From NCBI GenBank assembly GCA_976551045.1, contig CDPCPM010000013.1, positions 26,040,001 through 26,104,000 of the forward strand: DNA of 64,000 bases, in the 5' to 3' direction. The DNA is from Glaucostegus cemiculus (Eukaryota). This document shows, in pieces, positions 25,051 through 38,160 of the stretch. Numbering within the stretch: position 1 is the stretch's first letter; each line of letters begins with the position of its first letter. The notes under the pieces were generated by a model. That model had not been told where the DNA came from and did no database searches. It was given only the letters and a program-made list of their open reading frames with translations. The position numbers and the translations under genes were made by a program.

Positions 25051-26426
25051 TATGATCAAAATGAATTATCCTGATTATTAAATTCATCTGTCAGCAGAAT
25101 GATCCATTTGCAAAGAATAAATGCTCTAGAAAAGTACTACTGGTGGACTGCATGAATCAGTCAGTGTTCAAACTCTTCTAAGGGGGATGATAATTGTTTT
25201 TATATATAGGCATTTTGACAGTGAGAGTGCATGGTTCCAAATAAAACTGCTAAGGAAGCACAATATTTAGCATGTTTATCTTAAGAATTACTGATATTGT
25301 CCAGTATATGATAATCTTAATGCCAAACCACCAACGCTTTACATAACATTTAGGCAGCTGGAAATTACTTGAAGAATACTGTATACTGCAGAGTGACAAC
25401 CTGGCACTACTCAGGTTGTCACACCATAGCAGTGATCCAGTATTTTATAGTCACTGAAGGGTACCCATGAATCATCATAGGAACCTGGTAAATATTGAAT
25501 GCATTCTATTAATTTTACTTCTAAAGGGAAATTCTGATTTTGTTCTATGTTTATGATAGCATTAGCTCTCAGAATGGAGATTCTTCATCCTCTGTGTCCT
25601 CAGTGTACAAAATGCACATATCTACACTTGAGAGAGTCAGGATTCAAATGATTATTGTGAAATTATAACAAAATAATATAGAAAATTCCACAGTTATTTA
25701 TGTGATCTAAATGGGAAAGACTCAAATAAAGTATTAGGCTTTTTTTTTATCTTCAAAATTCTGTGATTGCCACATGAAATGTAATTCCATTGTAATTTCT
25801 TAGCAATCAGCTCATTTTGTATCTAATAAACGTCCTATGATTCTGCCCCAATCATTAACCTTTAATATGATTGTCATCATACTTCAATAACAGGAGAGCA
25901 CTACTAGTCACTGACAACCAATAGGTGGTGCTGCAAACTATATAATTAAAATTTTTATTAAAAATGTAAATGAACGTATATCATTCCTTGTAATAGTTAT
26001 CCACATTTTACAGCAACAATCAAATACTTGGTTCTAAATCATCATGGAAGTTCAGTCACTGCATCTATCCAACTCTCTATGTGGGTGTTCAAGTGAATTC
26101 CTTCCTCCTGTCTGCCAATCTGATTAATGGAGCCCACCTGATTTTCATCTCATAATCAATGTAATAGAATTCTGGAAAGTTCTGAAGTGGGCAATGAATT
26201 GGCTCTGCCAGATTCTTACCCGGGTGTGAAGACAAAACTATTTCCATCTTTTTGAAATCTCCACTCTTTCTAGGCAAGTTTTTGGTTACTTTGCAAATTA
26301 TTGTGTTTCCTTCTCGTTTAAAAAAAATAATCTGGTATTTTTTGAAGTATAATCCAGAAGTTTATGAAGAAATGAGTATGGAGGACAAATACATGATTCA
26401 TACTATTTTTATCTCTATATTAATAT

Positions 26427-26474
26427 GGGGGGGGGGGGGAGGGGGGGGGGGGGGGCAGGGGGGGGGGGGGGGGG
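26427..26474 (+). repeat. Poly-G tract (G13-A-G15-CA-G17)
   Basis: Read directly from the sequence. Confidence 0.95.
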
Positions 26475-26829
26475 ATTCAGTTATAGCATAAGGCAGCAAA
26501 TTGGTCCAGATGTTGAGATTGTGTTGAGAGCCTGGCTAGAGAGGGAATAAATAAACAATGCTATGTGTCATAAAGGTGGTGAGACAGAGCTCTAGGGTTG
26601 GGAGAAAACGTCAAGACTTCTGTGGTCAGAAGTCAAGGCACGAGGCTTTACAGTCAGTGAGCAATGAGGAGGTGTGCAGTGTTGAATTATGAGTCCCATA
26701 CAGTGGTGTTGATGGCAAAACCAATAGTGACAATCTGGTACTTTAATGTAAGGTTGGAAGGATTGTTTCTGCTCATACTTACCACTGAATATTTCCCTGC
26801 ACCAGATGATGCTGAATATCTAGTTGCCC

Positions 26830-26995
26830 AATTCACTGGTCAATCTGTGACCTCCTAAAATCACTTGCGGGCTCCTCCACAATAAACATGCTCCCAACCT
26901 TTGTGCCATCCACAGACATACCCAAGCCCAGATCATTTATTTTTATTGAAAAGAACAGTTGTCCTAACACTGATCCCCAGAGAGACACCACTGTG
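26830..26995 (-). mobile_element. CR1 RT core relic
   Basis: ORF 26833-27018 GSVLGQLFFSIKINDL..DGTKVG. Confidence 0.75.
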
Positions 26996-27699
26996 AAATA
27001 AATAAACGTGTGAGGCAAGGTCGTATGATTGCTAGAATTATTTTATTGTCAGGCTTTTCTTTCCCTAATATATTGCAATCTTTTTCTTTTATATTAATAT
27101 GGATTTGATTGTATTGTACTATTCAGGACTAAAGCACTCATCATGAGATTTGTTTCATAATAAGTGTATGTTAATTATTAATTATACTCACTTAGATTAC
27201 TTCTCACAGAAAATACTACATTTTAAAGTTTTATGTAGCTCAGGTCAAATGGAATTATCACATCACACAAGGCCCAAGTTGTCTGTGGTTATTGGTAAGA
27301 ATTCACAAATCTTACATTACAAAATGGGAAATAAGCTTGGCCAGAAATGTATTGCCTTGTGAATTTATAATTTTCACTATAGACAACAGGATAACATTGT
27401 GTTTTATAACTCCTGCATAGAATGTCTTTTATTTTTTCCCTTTCCTGGTATCTATCTGCTTTGCACTCTCTCCATTTTACCATTTCAGGCAAGCCCATGT
27501 CCAACTTCCATCAATAATTGGATTTAGGTTTATGGAATTGGCCAGGGACAATCACCAGATGTTTTTCCTCTATTAGAATATCATTGGCGCAAGTCTGCAT
27601 TTTACCATTCCATGCCACGACTTACATGATTGATAAGTTGTGGTTTTATTCTAAAAATGATCCCCTACTGCAGAATGACTAAAGCAGTGAATTCAGATC

Positions 27700-27777
27700 T
27701 GTATGGATGGGGCACAAAACGAAGTTTTTCACTGTACCTCAGTACGTGTGACAATAATAAACCAATTACCAATTACA
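27700..27777 (+). mobile_element. Rex1/Babar-type extreme 3' tail
   Basis: tttttcactgtacctcagtacgtgtgacaataataaaccaattaccaattac. Confidence 0.7.
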
Positions 27778-28954
27778 GATGGTCATTTTCATTACAATGC
27801 CCCAGTAGTGGATTAAATTTTGTCCCCATTTGAAAATGGACACTAACCTCTACAATAGACAAATTTAGGGAAAATAGAATCCATGTCTTACTAACATGTT
27901 AACAGTCTAACTATTCAAATTTCTTCTTAGATGCCAAGAGAGAATGCATAAATGCTGTTCTCTCTGCATGTTCTCGTGTTGGAGTGAAACAGGAATTAGA
28001 CTGGAACAAGGAGAATAAAATGGAACAGCATTTAAGCCCAACAGAAAGGAAATAGTATAGAAGGTCTAGAATGTTACAATCCTTAGAAATTAGCATTCAA
28101 ATTGTCTTGCATTATGAAAATGTGGTTTACCTTAAGAAGGACTTGCATTGCATCACCCCTGGCAGGGCAGCTCACAGAAATTTATAGTCAATGAAGTAAT
28201 ATTGGAGTGTAAAGTATGTTTTCACCTTTGTAAAATAGATAATGTTGCAAACAATTTGCCCACAGCAAACTCTCACTAAGAAATCAGATGAAACAATTTG
28301 CATTCGGCCCACTACACTGCCTCACCCATCCCCTCATCCACTCACCTGGTCTGAATACAGAGAGCCAACTGAGCTGACTCCCACATCCGGGAGGAATCCA
28401 ACAAGGTCTCACATGGCCCCAGTGGTAACGATACCTCAGGCAGTGGACCGCTGAGGTCCCTCCCACAGAACATCCCGACAGCCTTTGATGAAAGGTGAGG
28501 CTCTGGGCGGAGCCTCATCCCCAGCCAATGCTGTGGAGACTTTGTCTCTGATTGAACTGTTGGACCTGTTTGTACTTTACTGTGACCCATTAGGGAACCT
28601 GAAGGTGCACCCCACACATGGGTCAGTACACGCATCACTTCTGCACCTGTGCCCTTGTAGAGGTACTGAGAATGCTGGTGGTTAGACGCTGCTGCAGCTG
28701 ACCATCCTCTCTACTGCTGGAAGCACCACCTAGTAGGGCTGGTTTTGGATTATTCTATGCTGATGGGCCAGAAACACCTTGTACCTGGCACCTCAGATGT
28801 ACTCAGCCATAGCTGGTACACCCAGTAAGTGAAGGTTAGCCTTTGTTTATTTATATTTCTTTCTCTTTACATATTAAAAAAAATAATTTATAGTTCATAT
28901 ATTTTTAGCAAAATTTGTTTATTAGTCATTTTTAATATTTTGGATTAAACCTGT

Positions 28955-29075
28955 TTTACCCTGTACTACCTCAATGTACTGTGTAATGAATTGATCAGTA
29001 TAAACGGTATGCAAGACAAGTTTTTCACTGCAGCTTGGTACAAGTGATAATAATAAACCAAAACCAAACCAATAC
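28955..29075 (+). mobile_element. Rex1/Babar-type 3' tail
   Basis: gtatgcaagacaagtttttcactgcagcttggtacaagtgataataataaacc; same family as 50510-50630. Confidence 0.75.
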
Positions 29076-29221
29076 CTTTCAAATAAATAGTGATTCTAGT
29101 CCGATGCTTGATTTTGCTGGGGCAGTCGGGTTATAGATTGGATATGGAGTGTCAGACACTCAGCCCCTTCCAGATTTATGGCAAATTCAGGAATCACTTC
29201 CCTGAAAGTACTGAATGTTGG

Positions 29222-29255
29222 CAGATCCTTTCAGATCCTTTCAGATCCTTTCAGA
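29222..29255 (+). repeat. 10-bp perfect tandem repeat x3.4
   Basis: (cagatccttt)3caga. Confidence 0.95.
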
Positions 29256-29739
29256 ACCACTGATCAAAGCCCAATGATGGCTTATAGGTCCAATGTGCTA
29301 CCATGTAGTTCCTTTGTCGGTTGGAATTTCACTGAACTCGTCATCATTTGGTCATTAACATTCAAAAACAAAGTGACTTTATAACTTCACCAAGATTAGA
29401 AAAGAATCTGCCTCCTGTGACAGCCAAAGGCAACGAGACAGCAGATACATAAAAATGACTTACAATCAAGTAATAACCGGACCCTTGTTAATTTCAGTTA
29501 TGTAATTCAGTTTGCAATAGGGTTGGGTTCACAAAGTATATATTATGTGATATGATAAGAGAGTTGTCAGTAATTTCGACATTAACTGCTGTATTGCAGG
29601 GATCAAAGCACAAAATAATATGGACTTAGTCACACTGCCAATCCACCATAAAGGAATCTTGATCACAAATGCAAAATTGCTGCAATTGCCTTTTGAAAAC
29701 ACAAGGTTTCTTCTGTTTGTTTTTGAAACTATTTGTTTT

Positions 29740-30375
29740 TTTTAATATATCCATTCAAGGGATGTGGTCTTCACAGGCTGAGCCAGCATTTAATCACCTC
29801 TGCCTACTTGTCCTTGAGAAGGTGGTAGTGATCTGCCTTCTTGAACTGCTGCAGTCTTTGAGGTATGTGTATGTCCACAGTTAGGGAGCGAGTTCCAGGA
29901 TCTTGACCCAGTGATGGTGAAGGAACAGCGATATATTTCCAAGTCAGGATTGTGCGCGGCTTGGAGGGCAACTTCCAGGTGGCGGTGTTCCTGTGCTTTA
30001 GCTGCCCTTGTCCTTCTAGCTGGTAAAAGTTTGGAAGATGCTGCCTAAGGAGTCTTAGTGAGTTGTTGCTGTGCATGCTGGAGTTGATACAAACAGCTGC
30101 TACTGTGCATTAGTGGTGGGGCGAGTGAACGGTTGTGGATGGGGTACACATCAAGCAGACTGTTATGTCCTGTAAGGTGACGAGTTTTTTGAGTGTTGTT
30201 GAAGCTGTACACATCCAGCCAAGTGGAGAGTATTCCATCACACTCCTGAATTGAGTCTTGTAGATGGTGGACAGGCCTTGAGGAGTTCAGAGCTGAGTTA
30301 CTCGCTTCAGGATTCCTAGGCTCTGACCTGCTCTTGCAGCCACATTTTGTATATGGCAACTCCAGTTTAGTTTCT
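29740..30375 (-). mobile_element. CR1/L2-group LINE 3' fragment
   Basis: Minus strand VAARAGQSLGILKRVTQL..QGLSTIYKTQFRSVMEYSPLGW..TTLKKL; 3' UTR shared with copies at 35750-36000 and 44190-44500. Confidence 0.85.
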
Positions 30376-31684
30376 AAATGAAGCAAAGTAACTTTTTGCA
30401 TCTTTTTGAATCAATCAACCTTCTTACCTGTGTCAAACCAAATTTATTGTCTATTACCACTGGATATTTTGTAAATTAACTCAGCTGCACTTCAGGCTCT
30501 AGCGCAAATTGCATTTAGGAGTTAGGATTTTCTACCAAACTGGATTTTGACTGTAGCTTAGAGCAGGTTCCATTTTGCATTTAAAAACTTTTGTTTTGAA
30601 ATTCTTCAAATATTTCTGTGACTAATATTAGCATGCAAATTTGTAAGCTTTATTTGAAAAGGATTGTTGCACACAATAAAAGAGATTATATACGAACATC
30701 AGTGATGATTTTTATGAGCCCCAAATTACTATTTTAATGATAAATCAGTGAGGGTTATGCTGTTATTGGTAATAACATAGCAGTAAAAGTTTAGGCATGC
30801 ATCATTTTGTAACATGTAATTCCTTTAAAAATGGATTTTTAATACTACAAATATGTCAATTGTAACACACTGGCAATAATACTTATTTAAGACTTCTAAA
30901 AGGAACTAAGCAGCGTGTTAGCACATAAAAATTTACATTAGCAGAGAGTGCATAGAACACTGACCATCAGCACAGAAAAGCATACGTCAACAACAAAATG
31001 CTCTAAGCTCCAGTAACTGATGTAATGAAGTGTTGCATTGAGATATTGGGTGGGCAAGGAAGACTGGTAAATGAGAAGAACATAAATCAACATACTGAAT
31101 GTTATCTTCAGCATTAAAGGACCTACGAGGATGCAAAGAAAAAAACTTTCACAATGGAAATGTTAAAAAAGGACAAGTAATTGTTACTAGTTAAAGTAGC
31201 ACAGCTCTGCAAATGACATTGCAAGTAGAAAGAATATACTGAAGAAAGACTGCTGCATGGAACAAAAATGACACAGTGCCAATCCACATTGCTCTTACTA
31301 ACATAGAATAAGACAGGTGGTGGAACTTCACAGGTGAAGCATCACACAATTTAACCAGCTATTAAATACGCACATTTGGAACAGCCTCTTTATCAAGTAA
31401 TTCATTGATTTTCCAGTGAGTTAATTTTTGAACAATCTTAAAAATACTTTTTAATGCATTTTCTTCCAAAAATACTTCATTGGGAGGTTTAGAAATTCTT
31501 TAAATAAATCCTTAAACTTGGATTAAAGGACTGCCTCTTCTATGTTTTGATCCCCACTCGTGATAAGTTTGCTTAAAGAAGGTATCCCACATTTACTGCT
31601 CATGTGTTAAGATCCCTTAAAGACTCAGTTGGTAAGTACATTAATCAGCACAGAAATGAACTATTCAGATCAGGAAGATCCCAT

Positions 31685-31870
31685 GAGAAACAAAAGACTG
31701 CAGATGCTGGAATCTGGATGAAAAACCATAGGCTGGTAGGATGAAATATGAGGACAAGGGGGACCCTATCCCTGTTGGGTCTGGGAGGGGTGGGGTGAGA
31801 GCAGAGGTGAAGGAAACAGCAGAGATACGGGTGCAAGCTCTCTTTACCACAGTCTGGGGGAAGACATCAG
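31685..31870 (-). mobile_element. Penelope-like element fragment (ORF linker fused to pLTR end)
   Basis: VVKRACTRISAVSFTSALTP / PPRPNRDRVPLVLIFHPTSL (PLE VPLVLxYHP-type motif), joined to attccagcatctgcagtcttttgtttctc. Confidence 0.85.
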
Positions 31871-32239
31871 AAAGATCCTGTGTTTATTTGCTGACCAGTA
31901 CTTAATTCGTTTAACTCTTTGAGCCAAGAGTAATAGCAATGCCATTAACATCCTGTGCAAGACAGGGACAAAGTTCAGCCCTTTAGTACTCCTGCTCCTC
32001 ATCGGTACCAAGTGAGTTCCAAGGAAAAAAATAAAAGAATACATCTTCACAGAAGATACAGTAGGATTTACTATGATTCTGCAGAATAATTTTCTAATGT
32101 ATCATGAGGAATCATGCACTGCAACATGCATTGAGTGCAAAATTTCAAACAAGTGTACCAGCCATGTAATTCACCAAATTAGTCAGGACTTTAATTTTGT
32201 TTTAATTTTCAATTTTGACTAAGTTCAATTAAACCAAGT

Positions 32240-32372
32240 ATTCTAATGAAGAATCTTCAACCTGAAATGTTAACTGTTTCTCTTTCCATAGGTGCAGCCT
32301 GACTTGCTGAGTACTTTCAGCATCGTTTGCTTTTATTTTAGATATTCCAGTATCTGCAGTTTATTTGATTTT
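32240..32372 (+). mobile_element. Penelope-like pLTR fragment
   Basis: ctaatgaagaatcttcaacctgaaatgttaactg..gcctgacttgctgagtact..ttccagtatctgcagt. Confidence 0.75.
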
Positions 32373-33439
32373 CAATACAAAGTATTTGTTTAATTTATTT
32401 ACCATTTATTGTTCAACAACATAATTTCTCTTGTCTCAGTCTATAAGGGACCCATATTAACTTAAATTTTTATCATTATGTATAGTTTTGAGCCAGTTAA
32501 ATAACATGCATTCATCATTTTTTTTTGCATTTTAGAAGCTTATATTTTACCTTTTACATATTCTTTTGCATAATTAAAATAAATACAGTTCTCTGAACAT
32601 TAATAATCCTGGGAATTTTTCTCAACTTCAAGACATCCATGCCTCTTTGATTATGCCCAGAACTGCACATAATAAGACAGATTTTCCTCCTGCTCCTATT
32701 CTGCTCTAAGTTCAGTTGGGGTGAGGCTTCTGCCCATTCTATGCCTGTTTCCCTGACTCTGGCTGATTTCCCAGGGTCGGGTTCATTTTAATAATTTCAG
32801 CCAGGTCCCAGCAGGATTCCCACCTGTCATTGAGGCTGCCTCAGAAAGGATAGGAAACAGCTGCTTCTGGCTTCGGGGATGTCAGTGTCCTACAGTAGTG
32901 CAACCTGGCCAGCTGCCTCTGAAACATGCAGGAAATCACAGAGTTTGGAAAACACTTTTTAAATGGGAACCTGAGTGAGTGCAATTATTTCAGTGAACAT
33001 AACCAATGTGGAAAATACAGGCCCAATACGTATTATTGTTGCTTTGTCACTGTTAGCAACAATTGCTGGAATGCAATAACAAATGATTGAAAATTATAAG
33101 CATTTGATTAGTCATGTTTTGGTTATAATGCTGATAATCATCAATTGTGTGCTGGTCAGCACAAAGTCAAAATGAGATTCATTGAAATAAACAAGCCTCT
33201 AACATGAGTAATATTAAGGCCAAAAAGACAAAAGACGATAAAAGTATATGTTTTTATGTTAAAATACAGTCTGAATGACATTTAAATTGTGACTAGACAG
33301 TATCGCTGTGTTAATTGTAGAATTCTACCACCACTCTTTATTCAGTGACCTCTTATTTTTCTTGATTAATGAATATCCTCATTTGCAATGTCGATTAAAA
33401 TGGTAAAGAAATTGATATATGTTGCAAAATTGTCACCCA

Positions 33440-34720
33440 TTACAGAATCTCATGACAGAGAAGGAGGACATTCAGCCTGTCATACCTGTCCTTGAAAAGT
33501 GTGTTCATTTTAATTTCAAACTCGGCTCTCTCCCCATAGTCATAAAAAATAGCCCTTTTGAAGTACAAATGTCATTGGAAACTTTTGTTCCACCCCCTTT
33601 TAAATGGTTTATTTCAGATATTAAGCATTCACTGTTTAAAAAATCTTTTCTTTTTTTTGCATTTCCTGTTAATCCATAATCTCTAGTTACTTTCCTTACT
33701 GATCAACCATTCAGATAAAAATCAAGTTGTTAGTCAAAGGCAAACCCGAAATACCACCATCCATTTAATATCGAATGCTTCTATTTTATAAATAGTTCAG
33801 TTATATTGTATTTTATTGAATGGGCTTAGAAAATGCATTGAAATAATTATCTGCTGCCTGACCCGCCAATAGAAGTAGCTTCTTGATAATAGTTCTGTCA
33901 AAAGTCCACATAATTTTAAAAACTTCAGTTAGGCCTCCTCATAACCTACTCTGCTTTAGGTAATATGATTCCAGCACCTCAAATTTCTCCACTTATCTGA
34001 AATCTCTAATCCCTTGCACCTCCTTTCTGCCTATGATTAGTAAATCTCCTCTGTACCGTTTCTAAGCTTTTGATATCCTTCCTAAAGAGTGTTGCTCAGA
34101 GTGGTATATAATTCACCATCTGCAGAATAGCCAGTGATTTCTAAAGAATGAGCATGACATCTTTTTTTTTGTATTCTGTACCATTATTTAAAAAGTTAGG
34201 TAGCATAGACATTTTTCTAACCACGCTAACCTTCAAAAATGTGTGAATATATAATTCTGGCTCCCTCTTCTTTTGCAGCCTTTCCAAACCTGCATATTGT
34301 AGCTCACATTACTTCACACATATCCACCTTAAATCTCATCTGCCACCAGCTTATCTATGTCCTCTGGATTTCCATGACTATCCTGCTTACTATTCACAAT
34401 TTTTTAAGCTTTGTCCTATCCACTGACTTCTAAATTATCCTCCTATACTCAAGCCTATATCATTTACAAACAAGAAAAGCAATTTTCAAAGTCAGGAAAA
34501 AGCTATTCATCGCTACTCTCTGTCTATTACCTAATAGTTAAGTATTCAGCTGAAATTCTAACATTTCTTTAATACCATGGGATTTTTATTTTCCTAATAC
34601 ATTGACTATTTTGCATCTTATCAAATGTCTTTGGGAAACAAAAAGTATAAAATATTTACTGCATAGCCACTTGTTGTTATTTCATCAAAGGAGTTAATCA
34701 AATCTGTTCCTTTAACAAAC
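33440..34720 (-). mobile_element. Decayed CR1 LINE (possibly several pieces)
   Basis: Tail acagaatctcatgacagagaaggaggacattcagcc; cttcctaaagagtgttgctcagagtgg (FWAP-region relic); ttaaatctcatctgccacc (WQMRF on minus). Confidence 0.65.
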
Positions 34721-34769
34721 CAATGCTGGCTGTTTATTTTCAATACCCTGAGAGAACTTCTTAGGAATG

Positions 34770-35030
34770 TATTTGGTTTGTACCAGAACACCTTTGGCTT
34801 CTCAACTTCACTCCATCCATGCATTAATGAACATACCTTCAACTAAGTCAATTCCCATCTCTAAATTCCAGCAGTAAAGATATCTTCTTCTTAAAACCCA
34901 CCACTTTGACCAAGCTTTCAGTCAATCCTCCTATCTCTTTTGGCTCCTTGTCAACTCTTAGCTGATAATACCACTGTGAAATAATCTGACACTTTTTCTT
35001 ACATTAAAGATTTTACATAAATACATTGTT
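34770..35030 (+). mobile_element. L2-like LINE 3' end
   Basis: cttaaaacccaccactttgaccaagctttc (LKTHHFDQAF) followed by ctgtgaaat..ttacattaaaga..ataaatacattgtt. Confidence 0.75.
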
Positions 35031-35749
35031 ACCAGTTAAGTTTGAAAAGTGAGAGACATTGTAAGAGGACTCCAATAACCAGGTCATGGAGGAATGTTAA
35101 GGTTGGGCATGGGAAATCATGGAAGTACTGGGAGTCAGGAGCTATATGGTGAAGATAGGTGACAGTTAGTAGATGTACATGATAAACAAGAAAATGGTAA
35201 TCAAGAACATGATATGTAGGATAAGCCTGGATTTGAGTTACAAATTCTATGTTGCAATCATTGCTGTACAGGGATCAAAAGGCACAGGAGATGGCACTCA
35301 GCCAACTAGAGGAGGTGATCATCATGGCACCAGAAGAGTGGACACTCAAGATGACAAATTCTTCTTTGCAATTGAGGTTAACACTAGCGGGTAAATTGAA
35401 CTTATAGTTAATAACCATGTATATGTACCTACGCAAATATTTAATCCAATGTATAAATGAAGATGTATAAATAGTTGATCGTTTATATTCCTTACTAAAT
35501 GGGAAACAGTGTTGTGTAAGGGTAGCTTTAAGTCTTGAATGTACCATTTGGTATGACATAAACACATTATTGTATCAGCTAGTGCTATTTAGTTGAGAGT
35601 TGACTGCATTCAGTTAAGGGTATTCTGTTGATAGCTCTATCTCTGCAAGCAACAGCAGTAAAGAACTAAAGATAGTACTCTAATCATCATCATCTCTTAG
35701 ATTTAAATGAATCTAAAACACAGAGATGAAAGGGGGCACCAGATGCTTT

Positions 35750-36003
35750 GGAACAGCCCTACCTGCAGTTGCCCCTCAGACACATACTATCCTGACATGG
35801 AAATTTATCACTGGTCTTTTATCATCACTGGTTCTAAATCACAGCACTAAATTACACAGCATTATTGTGGGAGTACCTTCACCTGAAGGACTGTAGATGA
35901 TCAAGAAGGTAAATTGCCAGCATTTCTCAAGATAAATTAAGGATGGACAATAAATGCTGGCATTACCAGTGATGTCATCTTCCTGAAAATTAATAAATAA
36001 ATA
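35750..36003 (+). mobile_element. CR1/L2-group LINE 3' UTR
   Basis: atcctgacatggaaat..tcaagaagg..ttctcaag..aaggatggacaataaatgctggc; same family as 29740-30375. Confidence 0.75.
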
Positions 36004-38019
36004 AAATGTAAATCATGCTTGATCTATTCTTGTCAATGTCCAATATATGGAACCATCTTCCCCAGTGGTACAATCATGAAGAGAGTAGATTGGGAACACT
36101 AATGTCTTTGCTCCAGTTTCTATTTTGTTTGCATCCTGGAAGCCAATTTTTGAAGAAAATAATCTTCCACTCATCACAAGTACAGTAATTCTGTCTCCTG
36201 AGAATAGTTTTTAAGCAGTTCAACCATTTGACCTCTGACTCTTTATCTTATTCATTTTATCAATATGTTCCACTTATTTTGATGATGTTAAAGGAAAATA
36301 AGAATGCGGTAGACATTTATGAGAGAAAATAGGCAAAAGTATAGCTTGCCAGTCTTCAGATTATTTGACAAGTCCACGCTTTAGTAATCAAAGATGCAAT
36401 TTACACATCTTTGGGATCATTTCACTAAATATCCATTGTCAATAACATGTACTGCTGATTATGATGAGGTACCTAATGTTTGATGAACTCTGAGTCATTC
36501 AGATTTAACATTAAATATATCTGAATATTTTAATGAAAAAAAACATACAGCATGAGACAGAAATGCCAGGTTTGATTGAAGGGAAGTAATAATTTCAACA
36601 CATCTTAATTGACAGATGGAGGCCTGGGAGGCACCTCTCTACAAAAGTCTGTCAAACCAAAAAGTGCTAAAATGAAGGAAGTCTAGAAACCACTACATTT
36701 ACTCAAAAGATCTAGAAAAAAAGTCTTTTAATTCTGATGCTGGAAATATAGGTATTATGCTGCTTGATATTGAAAAGATCTATATGAAACAAAACCAGTA
36801 ATTTGTCTGGCTATATTTAATGGATTTGTTTCATAATAATCACTTAAAACATTACTATTTACCAAAATTATGTGCATATTTAACATAAATACTGTCCTGT
36901 AATTTTAGATCATGAACTAATTAGAAATAATATATATAGTAATTGTGAATGGTTTATTTGATTGTTCATCCCTATTTCTACAAAGGGTAAAATGCAGTTA
37001 CCAGATGAAATAATTATTTTTAAAATTAAATAATATTGAGTTTTTAAAGCTTACTGTTAAAATACAGTTGGATAGAGTGACAATAAACTACTTTATAATT
37101 GTGGAAAAACCTGGAATTTTTAAAAAAGGATGGTTCTTGATGACCTCTATTGAACAGTGGCAATGCAGCCTGAGCTAATATTTATTTCATGCAAATGTCA
37201 AAATCTGAATGTCATCTTCAAAGACCCTTTTTATAAGAGATAACCCCTGTGTGTAAAAAAAAACAATTTTATGCATGCATGTTTGATGCCAGTCCAATTA
37301 ATAAAAGCCCTTTTGCTATGCTTGGCCAGAAGCGAATTCCTCTTTTGAAATTGAACAGAGGGAAAATGAGATAAAAGGTGTACATTGTTTCTTTGCAAAT
37401 TTTACAGTTTTATTTTTAATTTGTGTTTGGATGTGAGGAGCTGGGTACAGATGGTGTGATAGCCCACAGTATGTTCTGAGAACCTGAAATGATAACAAAG
37501 ATATGCAAATTGGGGTGATTTGGATGGGAGCCAAGATATATGGCTTTACAATAGCTGAGGACAAATTTATAAATTCAGGAAATTGTCCACAGGAGCTACA
37601 TAAAATATGTTATTGCTCCAGTGTAAGATGTCTAGCATATACACAATAAAGAATCTTGGATTCTCTGGGAAAAATAAAACAAGTTTATATTTTGCAAGCT
37701 GAGTCAAAATTTACCCATATTTCATCCCCTTTGTCATTATTGCCACTTGCTGATTCATATTGGCTTACCTAAGTTTACAATAAATTTTCAAATAGGTACA
37801 CACCTTCCTCCTCAAATGGTATCAGAAATTATGGGTTGCATTATACCTGGACAGTAAAATAAAAATCATTTGCATGAGGTTCAAATTAATTTGGTCAGTT
37901 TGACCCTTCAGTTTTCTATAAACTTTGTGGATTGTTGCATGATTGGTCATGTCTTCTATCAAATCCATTAAAACTCTAAAATCTTACCTATTTTGGAATG
38001 CATGTGTCAGCTAATTTTT

Positions 38020-38160
38020 CATTGCCATGTGCCTTTCTTTGTGCTTCCCTGTTCTAAGTTTGTCCAATGATCCATCCCATTTCTGTAATTTGTATACCCC
38101 CCCTCCAAGTTTAGGGTCATCTGAATATTTGACCATTTGTATTGATATTCCAAGACCATT
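38020..38160 (-). mobile_element. CR1 RT relic
   Basis: ccaagtttagggtcatctgaatatttga reads SKYSDDPKLGG on minus (=SKFADDTKLGG). Confidence 0.6.

Noticed and set aside
26252-26491. Poly-glycine ORF
   Set aside because: Artefact of the poly-G tract.
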